From contig CAZMCQ010000001.1 in NCBI GenBank assembly GCA_964565195.1, positions 133,309-194,962 on the forward strand: a DNA stretch of 61,654 nucleotides, written 5' to 3'. This document shows, one piece after another, positions 53,826 through 61,654 of this stretch. The position numbers and the translations under genes were made by a program. The DNA comes from an uncultured Candidatus Saccharibacteria bacterium. Lineage in GTDB: Bacteria; Patescibacteriota; Doudnabacteria; UBA920; 2-01-FULL-46-14. The notes beneath the pieces are model-generated. The model had not been told where the DNA came from and did no database searches. It saw only the letters and a list, made by a program, of their open reading frames with translations. Every line of letters begins with the position of its first letter. The stretch's first letter is position 1.

Positions 53826-54781
53826 CGCAAAATATCTCCATAAATTGTCTGCAGCCTTTGGTATTCCGTCTCGAAAAGCGCATTGGCTTTTTGAATCACT
53901 GCTATCTGGTAAGTTTCCTGCTGGACTTGCGCTTTTTGTTTTTCAAGTTCCGCGTTCGGGTCAATGGTTTTTTCGATCTCAAATATACGCGCCGCGGCCT
54001 GCAGCCCGGCGATATGCAGCTGATGAAAAGTCAAAAACGGTTTTGGCACCGGGGTCATTCTCAATTTGTCGATACTGGCATTTATCTGGCCGGTCATTCC
54101 CAAAGAATCCGTACCAACCGGATCATTGAGTATTTCCTGGAACGCGGCCACATCAACAGTTAATCCTTGTATTGCGCCTTTGAGCTCTTTTATATAATTT
54201 GCAACGGCTGCCGGGGATTCGTCCGTTATGACATTGAGCGTGCGAATATCTGGCAACGGCACCTCCACCTCCTGGGACTCCGGCGGCGACATAATGCCCA
54301 AGACCTGCTTCTTGATGTTTTCTTCCTTGAATTCCTCAAGCCCGTTGTCCTCAATGAATTTATCCGCAATATTTTTGGCATAATCAGTCGCGTAGAGTTC
54401 CCCGGGACCGGTGGGGTTCTGGTTCACCGCGACCTCCACGCCGTCGTATTGGCCGTCGCCGTCCGTGTCGCGCCTTCCTGGGTCAGTGCCGAAATAAAAT
54501 TCCTGGTAATTCGTAAGGAGATCCTCGTCCGGGTCGGCGTCCGGGCCGCCGATGCGCGGGTCGCCGTCTCTGTCCGTGCCGAAATATTTGATGAGCCAGG
54601 CCGCGGGCAGGAGCCCGGAATTTTCATACTGCGAACTGGCGCTGCGATTGTTTTTATAAAAATAAAAGCCGCCCGCGGCAGCGGCAGCGGCAATGGCAAA
54701 AACTACAACCCCGAAAATTAACTTTTTGCGCTGGAAAATGCTTCCCGAACGCGACGGAAAGTCGGCAGTCAAAAGGGCCAT
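53822..54781 (-). CDS. Membrane-anchored protein with thrombospondin-3-like Ca-binding repeats
   Basis: DADPDEDLLTNYQEFYFGTDP.RRDTDGDGQYDGVEV. Confidence 0.75.
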   Translation of the reverse strand: MALLTADFPSRSGSIFQRKKLIFGVVVFAIAAAAAAGGFYFYKNNRSASSQYENSGLLPAAWLIKYFGTDRDGDPRIGGPDADPDEDLLTNYQEFYFGTDPGRRDTDGDGQYDGVEVAVNQNPTGPGELYATDYAKNIADKFIEDNGLEEFKEENIKKQVLGIMSPPESQEVEVPLPDIRTLNVITDESPAAVANYIKELKGAIQGLTVDVAAFQEILNDPVGTDSLGMTGQINASIDKLRMTPVPKPFLTFHQLHIAGLQAAARIFEIEKTIDPNAELEKQKAQVQQETYQIAVIQKANALFETEYQRLQTIYGDILR

Positions 54782-54840
54782 TTTTTGTTTTATTTTTGGT
54801 TTCTAAACCGAAATTTTACACTAATATTATAGCAGTTTTT

Positions 54841-55917
54841 TCACTTCTTGTCAAACCTGGTTTGGAACAACCTGTTATACAGTCTCCCCCAATCCTCCAG
54901 CGAGAGATCTTGCGCGCGGCAGAGGGGGTTCAAACCAATCGAAAAAAGTACTTGTTTATAATTTCCATGAGTTTCTATGTATTTCAATTTATTTCTTGTG
55001 TCATCACGAAATTCATAGAAATCAGCTTCGCGAAACTTATGGAAATTTATTGTATTTAAAACGCTCAAATTATTCTGCAGCTGCTTTCGCTTATTACTAA
55101 ATCCAATCTTAACGAGTTGAAAAAACTGTTTCTCATCAATCACCCCCACCTCACCTCCCCCCTCAAGGGGGAGGAATTCTTTTTTATTTCCCTCCCCTCG
55201 ATGGGGAGGGTTAGGGAGGGGTGCAATCTTTACTATCGCAGAATCCACTTCGGGTTTCGGATAAAAATTTTCTTTAGAAACAAAACTAATAATTTCGGGG
55301 TCTGCATAAAATTGCACACTCACCGCGAGAAGCGACATCTGACCGGGGCCTGCGATTATTCTCTGGGCAACTTCTTTCTGAAGAAGCAGCACCATCAGGG
55401 AGGGGCGCAACCCCTCCTGGCCTCCGGCCATCCTCCCCTCGTCAGGAGAGGATAAAAAGGTAGATAACAATTTGCCGGTGAGGTAGTAAGGAATGTTAGC
55501 CACCACTTTGTAATCCCGCGACAACAAATTTCTATCAGTTTCTATAAGTTGCAATTTATTTCTCGCGTCTCTTGGAAATTTGTGGAAATCTGCTTCGCGA
55601 AATTCATTGAAATTGATTGTAAGAATATCTCCACGAATTATCTTCACATTCTTTTTTGATTTAAAAAGTTTGTACAGGACGCGAATTAATTTGCGATCTT
55701 TTTCAATGGCCACAACCTGCCCCGCCTGTTCTGCCAGACGTTTCGTTAAAATTCCCAGGCCCGGCCCGATCTCCAATACCACGTCGTCTTTTTTTAATTC
55801 CGCGGCCGCGACAATCTCCTCCAAAACTTTCTCGGACAGCAAGAAGTTCTGACCCAAACGCTTGTCGGGTTTGATGTGCAATCTTAATAAAAGAGATTTT
55901 AGTTCATCGGGCCGCAT
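54841..55917 (-). CDS. rsmA: 16S rRNA m6,2A dimethyltransferase with four repeat-derived inserts
   Basis: KRLGQNFL, VLEIGPGLG.LT, VVAIEKD, VVANIPYYLT, LLQKEVAQRI, FYPKPEVDSA, FSNKRKQL, RAQDLS. Confidence 0.95.
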   Translation of the reverse strand: MRPDELKSLLLRLHIKPDKRLGQNFLLSEKVLEEIVAAAELKKDDVVLEIGPGLGILTKRLAEQAGQVVAIEKDRKLIRVLYKLFKSKKNVKIIRGDILTINFNEFREADFHKFPRDARNKLQLIETDRNLLSRDYKVVANIPYYLTGKLLSTFLSSPDEGRMAGGQEGLRPSLMVLLLQKEVAQRIIAGPGQMSLLAVSVQFYADPEIISFVSKENFYPKPEVDSAIVKIAPLPNPPHRGEGNKKEFLPLEGGGEVGVIDEKQFFQLVKIGFSNKRKQLQNNLSVLNTINFHKFREADFYEFRDDTRNKLKYIETHGNYKQVLFSIGLNPLCRAQDLSLEDWGRLYNRLFQTRFDKK

Positions 55918-56023
55918 AAATCAAAAATTAAATATCAAAATGTAAAATGACAGATTAAAATTTCAAAATTTTAAGATTTTTCTTTGTCATTTTTATTTTA
56001 GATTTTTACATTTTAATTTTTTA
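55917..56023. repeat. AT-rich periodic palindrome, empty
   Basis: tcaaaaattaaatatcaaaatgtaaaatgaca...tgtcatttttattttagatttttacattttaatttt. Confidence 0.75.
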
Positions 56024-57050
56024 AGAGCTCAACCCTTACAGAGATAGTACCGGAAGACAAATTTGATAATGCTTTATACGCCACGCTATCCAAATCGATC
56101 ACTCTGTCCGGATGTTTGTCGAGTTCCGGGCCGCGGTCATTGATTTGCACGATCACGCTCTGGCCGTTTTGCAAATTGGTCACCCGCGCGTAGCGCCCTT
56201 TGTCATAGAAAGGATGGGCCGCGCAGAGGCAGCCGCGATAAGCATACCAGGAGGCAACGCCTTCTGTAGTCTCTTCGATCTCAATTTTTGTCCCAAACTC
56301 CCGCGTTTCGGTCACCGGCGTCGACAAAATAGTCTCCCTCACAAACTTCCGCTTTATCTCCACCCCGTTTTTGTAGGTAATCAGGAATTCCGTCTCCTGC
56401 TGCCCGGGCTTTCCGGGTGTGAGAATTTTTTCCTGACCATAAGGCAAAAACGGATTGTCGTATCTGGTAATGGCAAACGGGATGTCCGTCCGTTCTCTGA
56501 CCGGCAGGGTCACGATGCGGTCAATTTTGACGACCATCCCATCGGTCAGGAAAACCCCCTCTCTTTCTCCCCCTTGATAAGGGGAATATGAAGAGGGGGT
56601 AGAAATGAACGCGCTAACTTTATCCGTACTGGACAACTTAATTCCTTTTTCATAGAGCAGGTCGTTCACGGTCGCGGCTGAAGAAATATAGGATTTTTCA
56701 ACGCCGGCGTCATTGACTATTGTCTCAACTGGCCGCGAAATTTCAACGGTCATTCCCGCTATCACCCCCTCACCTAACCTCTCCCACCAGGGGAGAGGAA
56801 AAGAAGATGAATTCCCCTCCCTCGATGGGAGGGGCGAGGGGAGGGTGAATCCCTGTTCCCCCAGCACTTCCCCCACTGTCCCGGCTCGCGTCTCAACCAT
56901 GAAAGTCAGATTGCGGCTCTGAATCTTTACGACCTTGAGCGGCGGTTCGCGGCGGCGCAACGCCAAATGCAAAATTAAAAATGCAAAAATCAAAATGACA
57001 ATCCAAAATCCAAAATTTTTAATTTTCAATTGTAATTTTGAATTTTGCAC
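56013..57050 (-). CDS. DUF348/G5/RlpA-like DPBB cell-wall protein with two palindromic inserts
   Basis: TRAGTVGEVL, ATVNDLL..KGI.L...D, GKPG..E..F.ITY.NG.E (G5), GVASWY, AAHP, VTNLQNG.SVIV.INDRGP, RVIDL; start uncertain (GTG inside a repeat). Confidence 0.8.
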   Translation of the reverse strand: MQNSKLQLKIKNFGFWIVILIFAFLILHLALRRREPPLKVVKIQSRNLTFMVETRAGTVGEVLGEQGFTLPSPLPSREGNSSSFPLPWWERLGEGVIAGMTVEISRPVETIVNDAGVEKSYISSAATVNDLLYEKGIKLSSTDKVSAFISTPSSYSPYQGGEREGVFLTDGMVVKIDRIVTLPVRERTDIPFAITRYDNPFLPYGQEKILTPGKPGQQETEFLITYKNGVEIKRKFVRETILSTPVTETREFGTKIEIEETTEGVASWYAYRGCLCAAHPFYDKGRYARVTNLQNGQSVIVQINDRGPELDKHPDRVIDLDSVAYKALSNLSSGTISVRVELLKN

Positions 57051-57066
57051 TTTGCATTTTCAATTT
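56963..57066. repeat. AT-rich periodic palindrome at the pcrA/G5-gene junction
   Basis: caaatgcaaaattaaaaatgcaaaaatcaaaatgacaat...attgtaattttgaattttgcactttgcattttc. Confidence 0.75.
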
Positions 57067-59237
57067 AGCTTGCGCAGCAAGCGCTTCGGGATGGCCTTCA
57101 ATATCCTAGACGGTATCGCTCTTTTATATTCCCCGTACACCTGCCGCTGGCGCGCGTAGGACAAATAAAGATTTTGCTTGGCCCGCGTGATGCCGACATA
57201 AGCCAGACGAATCTCCTCGGCCACCTCTTCCGGCGAATTGAGGCTCCGCGAATGCGGCAGGAGCCCCTCCTCCAGCCCGACAAAAAAGACTTTTTCAAAC
57301 TCCAGGCCCTTGGCCGAGTGCAGGGTCATCAGCGTAAGTTTGTTGCCACCCTCCTCCGCAGTATCCAGGTCGGTCATCAGCGCCACTTCCTCCAAAAACT
57401 GCGGCAGGCCCCCGCGCCAGGGCAGATGTTTATATTTCGCCGCCACATCCACGAGCTGTTCGATATTTTCCAGGCGAGCAAGCCCTTCCTCACCTTCTTT
57501 CAGAAGTTCCTGCCGATAGCCAGACCGCGAGAGCATGAAGTCGATAATATCAAGAAGATTCACCCCCTCCCTGCCTCCCCCATCAAAGGGGGAGGAATTC
57601 TCTCTTTTGCTTCCCCTCCCTTGATGGGAGGGGTTAGGGGAGGGTGAAACGGGCAAGCTTAGCAATTCAAAAAATTCTCTCGCGCCGGCCACTGCCCGCG
57701 GACTTAATTCCAGCTTATCAATATTATTGAGCAGCCGCTCATGATTAAAATCGAATTTGGCCAGGCCCTGGTTGATCAATTTCAAATTCGCGTTGCCAAT
57801 CCCCCGCGCCGGCACATTGATCACGCGCGCGAGACTGACCAGGTCGCGCGGGTTGGCCACAAGCCGCAGGTAAGCTAAAACGTCCTTCACTTCACGGCGC
57901 TCATAGAACTTGATGCCGCCGACGATCTGATACGGGACGGACGCGGACAGCAGTGCTTCCTCAAATGGGCGCGATTGCGCGTGGGTGCGATAGAGGATGA
58001 CGATCTCGGAGAGATTGTCAGGAATAGAGAATGAAGAATATGGAATATGGAATCTTGAAGGGCGGGTCCATTTTGCGTTCATAAATTTGTTTAAAATCGG
58101 GGTTTCCTCCGGTTCATAAACAATTTCTTTCTCTTCTTTCCCCCCTCCCTTCCCCTCCCCACCAGTGGAAGGGGATAAAGGGGAGGGGGCGGCATTCATA
58201 ATTCTTTCAAGCACAAATTCCGCTTCATCATACTCGTCCGCCGCCTCGTACAAGCTCACTTTCTCCCCGCCTTTGGAATCTGTCCAGAGCTTTTTTTCAT
58301 ACTGCCGCGGATTCAGGGCAATCACCTTGTGCGCCGCATCCAGGATCGCCTGGGTGGAGCGGTAGTTCTGCTCCAGCATAATCACGCGGGCGCGCGGATA
58401 GTCTTTTTTGAAGTTCAGAATGTTCTGCATATTGGCCCCGCGAAATCCGTAGATGCTCTGCGCGTCGTCGCCAACAACAAACAGGTTCCGGTGGGCGGCA
58501 GTGAGCAGCTTCAAAAGTACATACTGCGCGTGGTTTGTATCCTGGTATTCGTCCACGAGAATGTAGCGAAAGCGTTTCTGAAGTTTCTCGAGAATTTTCC
58601 GGTGCCCCTGCAGAAGCTCGCAGGTCAATTTGAGCAAATCGTCAAAATCCAGGGCGTTGTTCTCGCGCAGCCGCTCGATATAAAGTTCCTCGACCTGTGC
58701 CAGGGTTTCCTGAAAATAGGAATTGTCCAGAGCGAGATCACGCGTCCGCAAAAGTTTATTTTTCGCTGCGCTGATATAATAGCCAAATATCTGTGGCCGG
58801 AAATTTTCCGATACCCCGAGCTCGAGCGTGATCTGCTTCAGAAGCCGCTGCTGGTCGTCAGTATCATAGATCACAAACGAGCGCGTATAGCCGCGATTTA
58901 ATTGTTCAATAAATTCCCGCAGCCACCGCGCGCAGACGGCGTGGAACGTGCCGGCAGTGAGCCGGCCGATATCCCCAATTCCCCGTATCCCCCCAATTCT
59001 CCCCCGCATCTCTCCGGCGGCTTTATTGGTAAAGGTCAAGGCGAGGATCTCTTCCGGCCGAAAGTGGGGTTTTTGTCTCCCTTCGGGAGATCCCCCGGAG
59101 GGGGATAACAGATACGCGATGCGGTAGGTTAAAACGCGCGTCTTGCCGCTGCCGGCCCCGGCGAGAACGAGGACTGGTCCGGGCGGCGCCGTGACGGCTT
59201 CTCGTTGGCGATCATTAAGATTTTTCAGAATGTCCAT
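57060..59237 (-). CDS. pcrA: UvrD/PcrA helicase with several repeat-derived inserts
   Basis: LNDRQREAV, VLAGAGSGKTRVL, LTFTNKAA.EM, LDFDDLL, LVDEYQDTN, VGDDAQSIYGFRGA, LEQNYRS, LMTLHSAKGLEF, RLAYVGITRA; ATG 59237. Confidence 0.96.
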   Translation of the reverse strand: MDILKNLNDRQREAVTAPPGPVLVLAGAGSGKTRVLTYRIAYLLSPSGGSPEGRQKPHFRPEEILALTFTNKAAGEMRGRIGGIRGIGDIGRLTAGTFHAVCARWLREFIEQLNRGYTRSFVIYDTDDQQRLLKQITLELGVSENFRPQIFGYYISAAKNKLLRTRDLALDNSYFQETLAQVEELYIERLRENNALDFDDLLKLTCELLQGHRKILEKLQKRFRYILVDEYQDTNHAQYVLLKLLTAAHRNLFVVGDDAQSIYGFRGANMQNILNFKKDYPRARVIMLEQNYRSTQAILDAAHKVIALNPRQYEKKLWTDSKGGEKVSLYEAADEYDEAEFVLERIMNAAPSPLSPSTGGEGKGGGKEEKEIVYEPEETPILNKFMNAKWTRPSRFHIPYSSFSIPDNLSEIVILYRTHAQSRPFEEALLSASVPYQIVGGIKFYERREVKDVLAYLRLVANPRDLVSLARVINVPARGIGNANLKLINQGLAKFDFNHERLLNNIDKLELSPRAVAGAREFFELLSLPVSPSPNPSHQGRGSKRENSSPFDGGGREGVNLLDIIDFMLSRSGYRQELLKEGEEGLARLENIEQLVDVAAKYKHLPWRGGLPQFLEEVALMTDLDTAEEGGNKLTLMTLHSAKGLEFEKVFFVGLEEGLLPHSRSLNSPEEVAEEIRLAYVGITRAKQNLYLSYARQRQVYGEYKRAIPSRILKAIPKRLLRKLN

Positions 59238-59239
59238 GA

Positions 59240-59352
59240 ATGCAAAATGTAAAAATAAAAAATCAAAATGACAATTCAAAAATTAAAAATTTTTCTCTTC
59301 TCCTTTTGCATTTTACATTGTAATTTTTCATTTTGCACTTTTATTTTTTATT
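59240..59352. repeat. AT-rich periodic palindrome, empty, upstream of pcrA
   Basis: tgcaaaatgtaaaaataaaaaatcaaaatgacaat...ttttgcattttacattgtaatttttcattttgcac. Confidence 0.75.
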
Positions 59353-59507
59353 TCGGCTTAAATAAGCGGTTTTTTAGACATTGTGGATTGTAGTGTTTGA
59401 CAATTTTTTAGCTAAAATAAGCCGAAAAAAAGCCACTTCGAGCTTATTTAAGCCGCGCTTTTCCCCTTGACCGCGAGGCCTTATGAATGTTAAATTAACC
59501 TCTATAA

Positions 59508-60647
59508 ATGGCCCTATTTCTAACCAAGCGCCTCAAGCCCATCTTCCGGCTTATTTGCTCTCATTTCGCCACTGAACTGGTCCTGCTGTTTATCCTCGTG
59601 GCGGCGGTGGGCACCAATCTTTTGCATCGCTCCGGCAATATTAATTCCTCAAACCGGAGTTTATTTTTTGCCTATTTGAAAAAACATCCCGCGCGCAATG
59701 AGCCGCTCGTTCGCGCTTCGGAAAATGTGGAGCTCGCGCTGCGCGCGTCAAACTACGGTTTGGTCAAACAAGTGCTCGCGGCCTCCACCAAAGATAAAAC
59801 CGGTGGCGGGCGGCCAACCAGCGCCGCGCTGCCGACCCTGTCCGGCTCGGCGCTGCAAAAACCCAACCCGCCTTCCACCGGCCAGCCCCTGCCCGCCACC
59901 GGCCAGGACGTGGAAGTTTACCGCGTGGCAGCGGGCGACACGGTCGCGCGCATCGCCGCCGCCTATGGCGTCTCCGAAGAGACGATTCTCTGGGAAAACA
60001 ATCTCTCGGGAAGCGCTTTGATTCGGCCCGGGGATGAACTCAAAATCCTGCCGACGAGCGGCCTCATGCACACGGTCAAGGCAGGCGAGACCCTCTCCTC
60101 CATCGCGAAAAAATACAAAGTCGATCCGGAAGACATTCTCGACTACAACTATCTCGAAGATGAGGATTTCGTTGTCGCCGGCGTGGAGCTGCTCATTCCC
60201 AATGGCGTCAAGGAAACGCCCGTCATTCCCAGGCCAAAGCCGAAACCCGACGATGTGCAGCGGTTCGCGGTGCCGGATGATTTCAGTCCCGGCATCGCCG
60301 GCCTCCTCTGGCCGACCGCCAGCCGCAAGCTGAACCAGGGCTTTTCGCGCCGCCACCCGGGCATAGATATTCAGGCGCGCTATGTACCGGTCATCGCCGG
60401 CGCGGAAGGCATCGTGGAACTGGCCGGCTGGCAGCGCGGTTATGGCTACACGATTGTGCTCAATCACGGGCAGGGCCTCAAGACCCGTTACGCGCACGGC
60501 AGTACCCTGCAGGTCTCGGCCGGCGAGCGCGTCGCTGCCGGCCAGCAGATTATGATCTCCGGCAACAGTGGCCGCTCCACCGGCCCGCACCTCCACTACG
60601 AAATCATCAAAAACGGGGTCCGCGTAAACCCGCTCGGCTCCTATTAA
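59508..60647 (+). CDS. LysM plus M23 peptidase protein
   Basis: Two LysM motifs (YRVAAGDTVARIAAAYGVS; HTVKAGETLSSIAKKY) and HPGIDI, YAHG, STGPHLHYEI. Confidence 0.93.
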   Translation: MALFLTKRLKPIFRLICSHFATELVLLFILVAAVGTNLLHRSGNINSSNRSLFFAYLKKHPARNEPLVRASENVELALRASNYGLVKQVLAASTKDKTGGGRPTSAALPTLSGSALQKPNPPSTGQPLPATGQDVEVYRVAAGDTVARIAAAYGVSEETILWENNLSGSALIRPGDELKILPTSGLMHTVKAGETLSSIAKKYKVDPEDILDYNYLEDEDFVVAGVELLIPNGVKETPVIPRPKPKPDDVQRFAVPDDFSPGIAGLLWPTASRKLNQGFSRRHPGIDIQARYVPVIAGAEGIVELAGWQRGYGYTIVLNHGQGLKTRYAHGSTLQVSAGERVAAGQQIMISGNSGRSTGPHLHYEIIKNGVRVNPLGSY

Positions 60648-61654
60648 TTCGCGGTAATCTGGGGCAGCTCCGCGGTGAGCTCGACGCCGGTAAACTGATC
60701 TTTGCCGACGAGTTTCAAATTTTTGAGCAGGATGGGATCGTCGGCGGTAATCGCCAGGGTCAGCCGCCGCGGCTCATGAAACGAGCCGGCAAAGGGAAAA
60801 ATCCCGCCGATCTGCCAGCGCAAAATCCCGGTGACGCCATTGTAAGTGGCGTCGTTTTCGTTCACGGAGAGCGCGCTTGCGGCATTGCCGATCTCGGCGA
60901 CGAGAACCGCGTCGGCAATATCATTGACGGTATTCGAAACAATGAGATTAACAGCGTAAATATTGTCGCCGGTTTTCTTTACCGTCGAACTTAAATCCAG
61001 CGCGGAAGATACCCGGCGCTCCACCGGCTCGCCGCCGAGCGGCTGCCCAACCTCCGCGCTCTCAAATTCCAAACGGACTAAAACCACCGGATTTTTCTGC
61101 AAGGTTTTGACCAGCTCATCCTGAAGCGTAAAATGCAGGTTGAATTTTCCCGCCGTCCCGGGGCTGACCACTGCCAGCTCGGGATGCGTCGCCGGCAGGT
61201 AGGAGACGATATTATTTTTTACCAAAGCTTTGTCGGCGGAAATTTTGAGGGCGCTCAAGCTCGGCGATTCGAAACTGGCGCGGATTTGCACCGCCGTGAG
61301 GCCGGTCTCCCCCGCATTCCGATAGGCGATCTCGAGGATGTATTCCCGGCCGACCTGGAGCGCCTGGCCTTCCGGCAATATCCTGGCCGCGAGCGCAAGC
61401 GGCGGCGCCTTTAGCGCCGTGAAAGCCACGCTCTTGTGGCTGCGCACCAATATTCCTTCCGCATTTTTAAGAAACAGTTCGGCAGCAATCGCGCTATCAC
61501 GGCCCGGCTCGCCGGAGAGCGTACCGGCGATGGCCTTGACGGCCGTCTGGCCGACATTCACGATCGGCACGCGCCACTCGGCGGCTTCCTCGGTAATAAA
61601 CTTCTCGGGATACTGCAGGCGCACCACGAGATCCGAAAAAGCGCGCGTCGCGAC
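60644..61654 (-). CDS. Large exported hypothetical protein, C-terminal part (continues past the right edge)
   Basis: Open frame with Ig-like DUF11-type segments (EYILEIAYRNAGE, NLIVSNTVNDI, LRWQIG). Confidence 0.6.
   Translation of the reverse strand, partial: VATRAFSDLVVRLQYPEKFITEEAAEWRVPIVNVGQTAVKAIAGTLSGEPGRDSAIAAELFLKNAEGILVRSHKSVAFTALKAPPLALAARILPEGQALQVGREYILEIAYRNAGETGLTAVQIRASFESPSLSALKISADKALVKNNIVSYLPATHPELAVVSPGTAGKFNLHFTLQDELVKTLQKNPVVLVRLEFESAEVGQPLGGEPVERRVSSALDLSSTVKKTGDNIYAVNLIVSNTVNDIADAVLVAEIGNAASALSVNENDATYNGVTGILRWQIGGIFPFAGSFHEPRRLTLAITADDPILLKNLKLVGKDQFTGVELTAELPQITAN

Overview
Chromosomal window of a small-genome Patescibacteria (CPR) bacterium. The assignment is inferred from gene content and the absence of Shine-Dalgarno motifs at many host starts. 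TGA is used as a stop, so the code is 11. Most of the window is housekeeping: tsf, rpsB, rpmE, prfA, prmC, guaB-deaminase-guaA, rplY, rodA, dnaE, thrS, miaA, gatCAB, lemA-htpX, recX, comF, recG, rsmA, pcrA and five tRNAs. It also holds a long minus-strand VirB4/PrgI/VirB6-like membrane cluster. Three things stand out. (1) A 3.7-kb island between rodA and rplY (about 12888-16616) encodes an IS110/Nop-fold (Tas-like) protein, a DGQHR protein and a small CxxC ORF. Each gene is followed by its own three-unit array of stem-loop RNAs. All nine units share the layout stem-[9 nt variable]-TGG..CCTT-[9 nt variable]-TG-stem, i.e. a TIGR/bridge-RNA-like dual-guide system. (2) About 18 copies of a CCCCT...AGGGG palindromic element, plus other REP-like palindromes, are inserted in frame inside essential genes. 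(3) Five four-helix-bundle cassettes (one truncated) are flanked by inverted periodic AT-rich repeats, with many empty copies of the same flanks at gene junctions and inside genes. All family calls come from motif recognition by eye; no database searches were run.
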